Source: Dehalococcoidia bacterium UBA1141 | GTDB taxonomy: Bacteria > Chloroflexota > Dehalococcoidia > Lucifugimonadales > UBA3495 | NCBI GenBank assembly: GCA_002311385.1 | Contig: DCAE01000097.1 | Coordinates: forward strand, 2,403 to 66,402 | Direction of reading: 5' to 3' | DNA length: 64,000 nt | Part shown: piece after piece, positions 30,550-38,688 of the stretch | Layout of the letters: each line of letters begins with the position of its first letter | How positions within the stretch are numbered: position 1 is the stretch's first letter | Notes under the pieces: model-generated | What the model was told of the DNA's origin: nothing | Seen by the model: only the letters and a program-made list of their open reading frames with translations | Database searches by the model: none | Made by a program: the position numbers and the translations under genes

Positions 30550-31707
30550 CTATTCATAGGGCTGCAATTCAATCTCGTGAAGCGCTGGAATCACTTCGCG
30601 GCCCAATAGTTCTATTGAACGCATCACGTTCTTGTGGGGGATGTCTCCGTCACTTCCAATCAAGATTAGGTAGCCTGGGCTAAGCTGCTCAATTGTGGCG
30701 GTCAACTTCCTAGTCACGGTCTCCGGACTGCCAACCACGATTGCGTTCAACTCCTGTAGCTTCTCATAAGTCATGGGCGGACCGCCTCCGCCACCTGCCC
30801 TCCGGGCCATCATAGTACTCGCCACCCGCGACTGGTAACCCGGCGGGTCTGTGTGCTCCACAGGGCCCCTCATACGGTGGCTCTGCGTCCAAAGAAACTT
30901 ACGGCCCAATTCTTGGGCTTCTTCGTCGGTATCCGCTACCAATGCTCTCATCTGATAGCCAAAGTGCTCCGGTCCCGGCTTGAACCCCACCTGATGAGCG
31001 GTATCGATGTAAATCTTCTTCAGTTCGGTGGTCAACTCAATCAAGGCACCCAAGTTGATGTAGGTGTACCGGTGCTCGGCGGCCCAGACCACGCTCTCGG
31101 GGCTGGAACCTCCAGGAAACCACACCCTTGGATGGGGTTTTTGCATGGGAAGCACCCAGGGGTTCACCGCCCGGTATTGATAATACTTGCCTTCAAACCT
31201 GAATGGTCCAGGGGTGGTCCAGCACTTGATAATCAGGTCATGGGCCTCTTCGAACCTTTCCCTGTTTTGGGTCGGGTCCATCCCAGCCATCAGGGTTTCC
31301 ACAGCGCCGCCACGGACGAAACCCGATATCAACCGTCCTCCCGAGTAGCAATCCAGCATGGCCAATTCCTCGGCCATCCTTATGGGGTCGTTTATAGGAA
31401 TGATATTCCCTAAGATGGCTATCTGGGCTCGGCTGGTTACCTTGCTTATGACTGCGGCATCAATATTGGCGGAAGGCTTCATGTTCCAGTACGAGGCATG
31501 GTGCTCATTGGTCATGATGCCGTCTAGCCCCACTTCGTCGGCCCAGGCATACAATTCGTGGTATTGGTTGTACAGCACATGAGCCTTTTCGGGATCGAAG
31601 AACGTGTTGGGGAAATCCAACCGGCCTGAAGGGTAGCCATTCAAGTCTTCATCGGTCACATGGGAATAGGGCTGCTGCGAGTGAAAGAACACTTGTACCT
31701 GGTCCAT
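30550..31707 (-). CDS. LLM-class (luciferase-like) flavin-dependent oxidoreductase
   Basis: TIM-barrel LLM pattern (MTNEHH, LDCYSGGRLISGFVRG). The start was moved to the ATG 31707 after GGAGGG. Confidence 0.85.
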   Translation of the reverse strand: MDQVQVFFHSQQPYSHVTDEDLNGYPSGRLDFPNTFFDPEKAHVLYNQYHELYAWADEVGLDGIMTNEHHASYWNMKPSANIDAAVISKVTSRAQIAILGNIIPINDPIRMAEELAMLDCYSGGRLISGFVRGGAVETLMAGMDPTQNRERFEEAHDLIIKCWTTPGPFRFEGKYYQYRAVNPWVLPMQKPHPRVWFPGGSSPESVVWAAEHRYTYINLGALIELTTELKKIYIDTAHQVGFKPGPEHFGYQMRALVADTDEEAQELGRKFLWTQSHRMRGPVEHTDPPGYQSRVASTMMARRAGGGGGPPMTYEKLQELNAIVVGSPETVTRKLTATIEQLSPGYLILIGSDGDIPHKNVMRSIELLGREVIPALHEIELQPYE

Positions 31708-31806
31708 ACTAGCCCTCCATTTATAATCCCGAGAATCAGTTCCAACTTGCGGGCCATTGTTTCTGGCCCACATGAATAATACATATTGGCGTTGACCGTT
31801 GCCGGT

Positions 31807-32547
31807 TTAGATTACAGCCTTATTCTGATTTACCGTGGACTCGATGGCTTGCTCCCATTCGTCTACGTCCATGAAATGTGGTCCGGCTCCACCGTGATAA
31901 GAAACCTTGCCATCTGCGCCCACCACGTACAACCGCACCGGCGCCGCTCCGTAGGCCTCGTCGATAACGTTGTCCATTTCCTCAATCAAAGTGGGAATGG
32001 ACATTTTCATCTCCAAAGTACAGGTATTGGCCACTTGGTCCCGTTCCTCGAAAGATTGATGTTGCCTGAAGAGAACGGAATCTTCCAAGTTGCTGTCCAC
32101 CTGCCAACCGTCGGTGGGGTGGGCCTCCCGAACGTAAACCAAGAAGAACTCCACTTGGTCCCCGAAGCGGTTATAAATTTCTTCCATGTGCCCCACCTGG
32201 GCGCGGTAGGGGGGTCAAGTGTAACTGCCGAACACCAAGGCCACTGGCTTCTTTCCTCTGAAGCTGGACAATTCAACCTGTTCACCGGTGCCCATCCTCC
32301 GCAGTTTGAAATTGGGCGGAACCTCTCCCTCATTCGGACCCATGTCGTTCCTGCGCATCACCGCGTCAAGCCGTGTCTGAAGCTCTGCGGAGCAGTCGTT
32401 TTTACGCTCCGCCAATATGTCTTGCTTGGATCTTGCGCCGCCGGAGGACTTGGCTTCGGATTTAATCTCTTGCATAATCTGGCCAAAGTCAGCCCTGACG
32501 TCATTGCTCATGGTGCTCATGACTTTGTCTCTCTCGATCTTGTCCAT
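31807..32547 (-). CDS. Iodothyronine deiodinase-like thioredoxin-fold protein with in-frame TGA (predicted selenocysteine) at 32217-32215
   Basis: Track ORFs 32215..32547 and 31807..32196 are in frame with only the TGA between them. Read-through gives KPVALVFGSYT-[TGA]-PPYRAQ...VREAHPTDGWQ, matching the deiodinase active-site FGS.TUPPF and EAHPSDGW motifs. Confidence 0.8.
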
Positions 32548-32611
32548 CCTGCTGGCTCCTATCCAATCGATTTCCGACGCGATTGTCCCCAGTGTTAGCT
32601 AGTAAGTTTGG

Positions 32612-33373
32612 TTAATCTATCTCTATGCCGATGGGGCAATGGTCCGACCCCATCACATCAGCCAAAATAAAGCCGGTCTTGAGGCGAGGAACAAAACCCT
32701 CGTTGACGAAGAAATAGTCGATCCTCCAGCCCACATTCCGGTCCCTGGCTCTGGTAATCATGTCCCAGTAGGTATACTGGTCTGGCTCTTGATTGAACAG
32801 GCGAAGGGTATCCACGTACCCGTGTTCCAAGAGCTTGTCAATCCAGGCCCGCTCTATCGGCAGGAAGCCCGAAGTACCTTCGTTAGCTTTGGACCGGGCC
32901 AGATCAATCTCTTTGTGGGCGGTGTTCACGTCCCCGCATATAACTACGTGCTTTCCACTGTTCTTGATTCCATCGGCATAATCCAGAAAGTCGTCGTAGA
33001 AATCCATTTTGTATTGTAGACGCTCGGCGGAGGACTTTCCGTTTGGGAAGTAAACATTTAGCAACACGAATTCACCGTAGTCCACCGCCAAGACCCTCCC
33101 TTCTTTAGAGAAGGATTCGGCTGGAAAGGACGACGTCACCTGTTCCGGCTTGGCCTTGGTGAATACCGCAACACCGCTATACCCTTTCTTTTCGGCGGAA
33201 ATGAAGTACGAGGTGTAGCCAGGGATTTCTTTCAGGGCGTCCGGCAGTTGGTCCTCAGATGCTTTAGTTTCTTGGACGCACATGATATCTGGGCTTTCTT
33301 GGTCCAGCCACTCGAGGAACCCCTTTTTGTGAGCGGCCCTGATGCCGTTGACGTTCCAGGATATGATTCGCAT
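32612..33373 (-). CDS. xth: Exodeoxyribonuclease III
   Basis: [26 protein letters not shown] and the C-terminal SDHCPI motif. Confidence 0.9.
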   Translation of the reverse strand: MRIISWNVNGIRAAHKKGFLEWLDQESPDIMCVQETKASEDQLPDALKEIPGYTSYFISAEKKGYSGVAVFTKAKPEQVTSSFPAESFSKEGRVLAVDYGEFVLLNVYFPNGKSSAERLQYKMDFYDDFLDYADGIKNSGKHVVICGDVNTAHKEIDLARSKANEGTSGFLPIERAWIDKLLEHGYVDTLRLFNQEPDQYTYWDMITRARDRNVGWRIDYFFVNEGFVPRLKTGFILADVMGSDHCPIGIEID

Positions 33374-33650
33374 GCGATTCACCTGTATTCATCAGAGTTT
33401 AACGCCTGAAAATTAACGCATGAATTTTAGCTCCGAAAGGTTCGGGGCTTAATCTGCCATTGCGACAATGAGCGTGGGGTTGAAGTGTGGCAGAGTGGGA
33501 GATTCAGGCCGTAGAATACCAGGCATCATACTTTATTCGCAACCTAACGGGCATGGTTGCTAGCCAATTTTAGATTTAGAACGCTGTGCTGTCCACCGTG
33601 GTGGCCAGACATGTTGGAGAAAAGGGTTATCCGAATGTTCGCATGTCGGG

Positions 33651-33686
33651 TAAACAACAAACAAACAGCCCGGTTTAAGAGCTGTT
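33651..33686 (-). terminator. Possible terminator after the LuxR-family gene
   Basis: The minus strand reads AACAGC-loop-GCTGTT followed by the T-rich TGTTTGTTGTTT. The stem is short (6 bp). Confidence 0.4.
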
Positions 33687-33731
33687 CAATAAATCTTGTC
33701 GAAACTAACCAAGGCCCTTACCCCTAGCACC

Positions 33732-34523
33732 CTAACCACGCGGCTGCCGGGTTTGACGCCGGCAGCCGTAATTAGGACCGTTATAAACCCTTCGCAGCAT
33801 GCCTGTGGCCTTCAGGTAGACCAACGCTGATCCGACGCGGGCGTCCTTGCCCTCGCCTAAGTGCATCTTGGCGTAGATGCTGCTGACCTGCCGCTCCACC
33901 GCCTGGGTGTCCCGGGACAGCACACCTGCTATGGTCTCGTTTCTGTAACCCCTGGACACCCAATGGAGAACCTCCAATGCCCTGGGGGATAGCTCACGAA
34001 GCATACCGCTCTGGGAATCCCCGTTCTTGATTAGCTCTTCCATGATTGTCGGGTCCACAATCATTCGACCTTCCGCCACCGAAGAGATTGCGTGGGTCAG
34101 TTGATCGATGGTATCTATGGTGTGTTTGAGCAGATAGGCTCTGCCGAATGAAACGTCTCTGGAATATTCTCTAAGAGCTTTGATTCCCTTGGCGTCGTAG
34201 AAAGCAAACAGCAGTACGATTGCCAAATCCGGGCAGGCGTCTCGCAGAAATTCGAGGATTTCAACGGTGGATGGGCGTAATGCCTTAACTCCGAGCCCCA
34301 TTACCTTGGGACACACATCTTTGGTAGCTTGAATAAGGGCTTCGCTACTGGTGTCCGATGAGCTGCCTAGCAGGTTGACGCCCTCATGATTTTCGAAGAA
34401 TGATTTGAAAGCGTGAAGCAGTATTTGCTGCTCCTCAGCCAAGAAGACAGTTACTCCGGTGGATTTGGGCGAATCGGTGACCGTGGTTGCAGCCCCGACG
34501 TTTGGGTCGCTTTCAATAGCCAC
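33732..34523 (-). CDS. LuxR/NarL-family transcriptional regulator with a degenerate receiver domain
   Basis: C-terminal HTH LSPRALEVLHWVSRGYRNETIAGVLSRDTQAVERQVSSIYAKM. The N-terminal REC-like fold has the acidic pocket and acceptor position replaced (FLAEEQ..., VMGLGV). The start is uncertain (GTG, no SD). Confidence 0.8.
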   Translation of the reverse strand: MAIESDPNVGAATTVTDSPKSTGVTVFLAEEQQILLHAFKSFFENHEGVNLLGSSSDTSSEALIQATKDVCPKVMGLGVKALRPSTVEILEFLRDACPDLAIVLLFAFYDAKGIKALREYSRDVSFGRAYLLKHTIDTIDQLTHAISSVAEGRMIVDPTIMEELIKNGDSQSGMLRELSPRALEVLHWVSRGYRNETIAGVLSRDTQAVERQVSSIYAKMHLGEGKDARVGSALVYLKATGMLRRVYNGPNYGCRRQTRQPRG

Positions 34524-34795
34524 AATGGTCTTTGCAGGGGCTCATTAGATGGTTGATGAGAATCCACGTTGCCTGAAATTCCATCTTCCAATTTCAGCGG
34601 AACTGCCGTGCCCCCAGTCGCTTCCATAAGAGAGATAACTTTGGCCAAGTGTTCGTCTCCCAGACCCAGCTTCCCCAAGTAGCTGGTCAAGTCCGACATC
34701 ATCTGGATCTTGGAACTTCCTTCCGGCTCAACGCCGTTCTCAGTGGTCCTATCCGATAGTTCCAATCCCTTTGGCTCTGCAATGATATTACTCAT
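34451..34795 (-). CDS. Hypothetical protein overlapping the regulator start (doubtful)
   Basis: 114-aa ORF in a different frame from the regulator, overlapping it by 73 nt. It has only a weak SD and no motif. It could be a separate small gene or the 5' part of a frameshifted regulator. Confidence 0.3.
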   Translation of the reverse strand: MSNIIAEPKGLELSDRTTENGVEPEGSSKIQMMSDLTSYLGKLGLGDEHLAKVISLMEATGGTAVPLKLEDGISGNVDSHQPSNEPLQRPLWLLKATQTSGLQPRSPIRPNPPE

Positions 34796-34910
34796 TTAGT
34801 ACTTTCCCCATCCCCGTTTCTTGCTCTGTTTTCCCGGTAGGTCGACCCGATTCCGGGCCTTCGTTATGTTCGTCTCGTCGGCTTTGATTATGGTTGCTGC
34901 TCTCTTTGGT

Positions 34911-34985
34911 TAAATCACCCCTCAAGGTGATTTGGCGGGTGATAAATTGCTTAATCATTAGGGATTAGCTCCAAGTAGTGACGAT
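34911..34985. repeat. Copy 1 of a ~75-bp intergenic repeat, containing the 22-bp palindrome AAATCACC-N6-GGTGATTT (34912-34933)
   Basis: It shares AAATCAC...GCGGGTGA...TAGGGATTAGCTCCAA with copy 2 at 35219-35295. Confidence 0.55.
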
Positions 34986-35218
34986 GGAGACGAGTCCGCC
35001 GCTGGCGCTCTTTCCAGCCCAAAATTTTGGTTGGCTAGCCGTATCGGAGCATGGCAACGGGAGTTCAACTCGCTCTTGTCCACATGAACGTCGCCCGTAA
35101 AAGTTTTCCCTTGGTTTGCTGCCACGTACTTGCCTCTGCTCCCATTGCCTTATGAACGATTGGCTGCTCTTTTCTTGTCTGCTAATTGACTTTTAGTATT
35201 GGATTTGACTCGTTCTTT

Positions 35219-35295
35219 GAAATCACTCAACCGAGGGGTTCGACGGGTGAATTTATTGATAGCTCAATAGGATTAGCTCGAATGGAGTAGCTAAC
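35219..35295. repeat. Copy 2 of the ~75-bp intergenic repeat
   Basis: GAAATCAC...GACGGGTGA...ATAGGATTAGCTCGAA, with roughly two-thirds of positions matching copy 1 by eye. It is followed by the perfect hairpin CAATGAGGG-GAAT-CCCTCATTG (35307-35328). Confidence 0.5.
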
Positions 35296-35420
35296 AAAGA
35301 ATGGGCAATGAGGGGAATCCCTCATTGAATTGGGGGATGCCATATTGTCACTGAGGTGTCGGGCCGACAAGGGGATACAGCTGGAAGTTTGCAGGGCAAG
35401 ACGGTTATGAAGTGGAGGGC

Positions 35421-35475
35421 AAAAAAAGATCAGGAACCGACTCTGTGGTCCAGGTCACTGGAGCCGGTTCCTGAT
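35421..35475 (-). terminator. Rho-independent terminator of the 66-aa gene
   Basis: 11-bp stem ATCAGGAACCG (35429-35439) / CGGTTCCTGAT (35465-35475) with further inner pairing. On the minus strand it is followed by CTTTTTTTG. Confidence 0.7.
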
Positions 35476-35524
35476 TAGAGATAAATAGTGCTGATTGGGA
35501 CCAACTAGGGCAAAACCAATCGCA

Positions 35525-35725
35525 TTAGGCGATTGAAAGGGAATTCATCCATCTTTCGGCTTCCGCAAGGCAGAGATTTGCCTTGTCCAAGTCGCCAGAC
35601 TTCAGGTGAGCGCGGGCCGCATCAGCCAGGATTAGCGATAGGCCGGTGCGAAGCGCTTGGTCGTTGCCATTGCTGTATTGACCCTGTCCATCCAGTGGGG
35701 CAATCATGGTGTTTGTTGCTTCCAT
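35525..35725 (-). CDS. Hypothetical 66-aa protein
   Basis: Strong AAGGAGGAAAAATG SD-start context, its own terminator about 50 nt downstream, and an AT-rich putative promoter region upstream. No recognisable motif. Confidence 0.6.
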   Translation of the reverse strand: MEATNTMIAPLDGQGQYSNGNDQALRTGLSLILADAARAHLKSGDLDKANLCLAEAERWMNSLSIA

Positions 35726-36005
35726 TTTTCCTCCTTTTACCTATTTGCTTGGGATTCTGCATAAGATAGGAATAGGAGACACCAACCTGGACCCGGTGTT
35801 TCCTATGTTAAACAAGTCAAATACCGACCAACAAAATTAACCTTTTTACTATTTTTACTATATTTTATGTTAATTTAATTAGATAGCATAACGATTCTGA
35901 AGAAATATCTTCGGTTATTCTCTAGAATATACAAAAATAGCAACGTATATCGTCAAGTAATATTGGTTGATTTATTATACGTATTTGAATTTGCGCTGAA
36001 TTTCT

Positions 36006-36090
36006 CTCTTGGCATGATTGCAGCGATGTACCGATTGAGAGGACTCTGCTGGGGCCGGTAACTTGATTGGCCCTGCACCGATGCCAAGAG
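36006..36090 (+). other. Candidate structured RNA element (10-bp closing stem enclosing two hairpins) upstream of the PEPCK-like gene
   Basis: CTCTTGGCAT (36006-36015) is perfectly complementary to ATGCCAAGAG (36081-36090). Inside it are CAGC...GCTG and GGGCC-N12-GGCCC. A short hairpin plus TTTTTT run follows at about 36107-36124. Strand not established. Confidence 0.3.
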
Positions 36091-36399
36091 TGGATTTCTA
36101 TCCTCCATCAACAGTGGTTTTTTACGTCCTTGTGTCCTGAAAATAGTCCCTCTGATTAGCCAAATTACACGTGAAAACACTTTACTTGGCTTCTGCAACG
36201 ATGTAGCATGTGTTCGGCCACAGCGGCATCAGACTTCCGGGAACATTGCGCACAACATTATCGGATATCAACAAAACCGGCCCAACTCAACTAGTCAAGA
36301 ATCGCTCCTCCTTTAAAGGGTATAAAACCAACACAGTTCAAGGCTTTTTCGGGAGTGGAGAGCAAATCACACTGTGGGAATTACCGCGGAGACAACAAT

Positions 36400-38688
36400 A
36401 TGACCCGACAGAATCAAGAGGCACGCTCCCCATTAGCGGGACCTGCCATAAACAAGTCCTTTGAAAAGGAACTGAACCAACTGGTAGCCCTGGCTCGAAA
36501 AGGGCACCAACCAGGCAGCCAATATTTGAATCCCTCCGATGATTGGCTAATCGAGCGTATGCCTATCCTGCAAGACATTCCCGCAGAAAAACGTGAGGAG
36601 TTGTTAAGGGAAGCCGAGCATATTAACGCCCAAGCCGCAGAAGACAATGAAGCCGGGCGCGCGGCCCAACGGGCTTGGCCGGAAGTCGTTGTTCGCCTGG
36701 ACAGCGGGGGCCTCGCCTTCTTCAGCCAGTTGGGGGTCGTCCGTCGCCCTGACCTGACCCAGTATTTCATCGACGGTTTTGACGCCAATCGCGACGCTCT
36801 GGCATTCAGCGAAGAGAATCAGGCATTGTTCGCCGAGGTGTTCAGCTATATCAACAAAGCGTTGACGACGCATCTGGATGCTGGCGATACTGTAATTCAG
36901 ACCGACCGGCAAGTGGGAGACGCTCCCGGCCGTTCCTTCCACGCACGCCAGATGCTCTTCGGCGCCCGTTACCTCCAAATCCCAATCATGTGGCGTCAAT
37001 TGACCTTCGATCTGCCCGAGAGTGACCACAGAAATTCCCCGGATATATTGGAAGTATCCATACCGAATTGGATGAATGATTTGGGCCTGCCTGACGAACT
37101 GAAAACCCGAATCAACGCCTCCGGCATCACCCAGTTGGTCTTTAAGGCACCCACCAAAGGCCTGTCCCTCCACTTGGGCTTCGATTACGTAGGCGAGCAC
37201 AAGATGGGACCGTTGTCTGTGGCAATGTTCCTGGTTAAGCAGGCAAAGGGAGTGGCGATTCAGGCGGCTCTGAGCATGGCCAGGGTAAAAACGCTGGAAG
37301 GCAAACTCAAAAACACCGCCCTATTAACGGTGGGGCCGTCGCTGCACGGCAAAAGCACCCTGACAATAATGATTGAATTGGCCAATAGCGAATTGGAAAA
37401 GAGCTTGAAGCTGACCACCGACCCCCAAGAGGGAATCTATCCCATGAACGATGACATCGTGCTGTTACAGCCTTTGAAAGAGCCGATTAAGACCGATATT
37501 GACGGTAAACAGGTCACGATTTCTTACGGGATCGACGGCACCGAGAACAACTTTTACGCTATGCCTTTTGGCCTGAACCAGGAGGAGGACCCGATAACCT
37601 TTGAGGCGGTGCGGGGCACTGCCCAAGCTCCCAATACCCAAGAGGCACTGGAGAACGTTCCAATAGTCTTGGACAACTCCACCCCCAATTTCCTGTCCAA
37701 TCCCGTGCGCAACATGCGGGTTACTCTTTCCCGATCCCGCCTTGTTGCCAGGAAGGGCGCACAACACCTGATAGAAAACATCACCAACGGGCGAGAGTCC
37801 AATTCGGTGCATGTGCCCATGGAGAACACCGATAGGGTGTTTTGGCAAGCGGTAATGCGCCAAAATACCATCATCCCCCCTCTTCGAAAGCTCACGCTAA
37901 AGCAATATATCCGCGTTCTCATGTACGGCGAAGCGGTCCAAATGGGAGCGGCGATTGGAGCCATAGGAAGGCCATACGTTGAGTATTTCTCGGATCCGTT
38001 CATTATTGGACTGGAAGACGAAAACGCCAACCTGATGTACCGGATTCTCGACAGGATGGAGACCGAGGGTCTACCCTTGGAGTACTACGTTTTCAATACT
38101 GGCGGAGTAGGGGCGGACACCAATGACGAGGCCAGTGGCCAGAAGTACCGGAAGATTCCTCGAGACCTAACTCTGATGCTGCAAGAGGCATTGCTCCGGG
38201 AAGCAGTCAAATTTGAGTACGACCCGATATTAGGATCCGAAATTGCGGTGGCCATCGTGGACCATGGCGGGACTGAGGTCACCGACTTGAGAAACGATTG
38301 GTTGGCCAAGAACATATATGGAGCATCCGAGTATGCCAACCGAATGACCGGAATCAGCCAGCGGCGATATTACAGTCGAAACGCCGAAGATAAAGCCGGG
38401 ATTCTACGCTATACCAAAGTGTACGATGAGGTTTACGACCTGTCTGACATCCCGGCTCCAACTGATGAGCGAGAACTGGCCTGGCTGATGTCCTTCTACT
38501 GGAATGTCGACCAAGCCTACAACAGCCTGTCCGATCTGACTGAGCACCTTCAACAAGGCAGACGTCCCCAGGACAGGACATTGGCCGACTTGCAAGCCAT
38601 GTACGCCGCCGGAGTGGGCCGTGGTCTGGCGCTTAGCGCGGATTCTCAAGGGCTGCTATTGACCCTGGGACTGAAAACCGCCGGCTAA
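36400..38688 (+). CDS. Divergent phosphoenolpyruvate carboxykinase (ATP)-family protein, extended (~760 aa)
   Basis: Colinear matches to PckA motifs: FDYVGEHKMGPLS, the P-loop GPSLHGKST, MNDDIVLL, ENNFYAMPFGL, ALENV, RNMRVTLSR, VFNTGGVG. The start was chosen at the ATG 36400 after GGAGA. Confidence 0.7.
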   Translation: MTRQNQEARSPLAGPAINKSFEKELNQLVALARKGHQPGSQYLNPSDDWLIERMPILQDIPAEKREELLREAEHINAQAAEDNEAGRAAQRAWPEVVVRLDSGGLAFFSQLGVVRRPDLTQYFIDGFDANRDALAFSEENQALFAEVFSYINKALTTHLDAGDTVIQTDRQVGDAPGRSFHARQMLFGARYLQIPIMWRQLTFDLPESDHRNSPDILEVSIPNWMNDLGLPDELKTRINASGITQLVFKAPTKGLSLHLGFDYVGEHKMGPLSVAMFLVKQAKGVAIQAALSMARVKTLEGKLKNTALLTVGPSLHGKSTLTIMIELANSELEKSLKLTTDPQEGIYPMNDDIVLLQPLKEPIKTDIDGKQVTISYGIDGTENNFYAMPFGLNQEEDPITFEAVRGTAQAPNTQEALENVPIVLDNSTPNFLSNPVRNMRVTLSRSRLVARKGAQHLIENITNGRESNSVHVPMENTDRVFWQAVMRQNTIIPPLRKLTLKQYIRVLMYGEAVQMGAAIGAIGRPYVEYFSDPFIIGLEDENANLMYRILDRMETEGLPLEYYVFNTGGVGADTNDEASGQKYRKIPRDLTLMLQEALLREAVKFEYDPILGSEIAVAIVDHGGTEVTDLRNDWLAKNIYGASEYANRMTGISQRRYYSRNAEDKAGILRYTKVYDEVYDLSDIPAPTDERELAWLMSFYWNVDQAYNSLSDLTEHLQQGRRPQDRTLADLQAMYAAGVGRGLALSADSQGLLLTLGLKTAG

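Noticed and set aside
31786-32598. 270-aa plus-strand ORF spanning the whole deiodinase-like locus
   Set aside because: The composition is low-complexity and no motif is recognisable. The minus strand carries two strong family motifs (FGSYT-TGA-PP and EAHPTDGW), so this is an antisense shadow ORF kept open by codon bias.
33383-33731. Search for tRNA-Sec, tmRNA or other RNA genes in this and the other gaps over 250 bp
   Set aside because: Apart from tRNA-Ala at 7052-7127, no cloverleaf with a TCA anticodon and no T-loop (GGTTCGA/GTTCAAT with a matching stem) was found. Only a simple 8-bp hairpin at 33431-33449 is present.
35953-36198. 81-aa minus-strand ORF in the leader of the PEPCK-like gene
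   Set aside because: The product is highly basic and low-complexity, and there is no SD. It overlaps the AT-rich region and the candidate structured element, so it is treated as non-coding.
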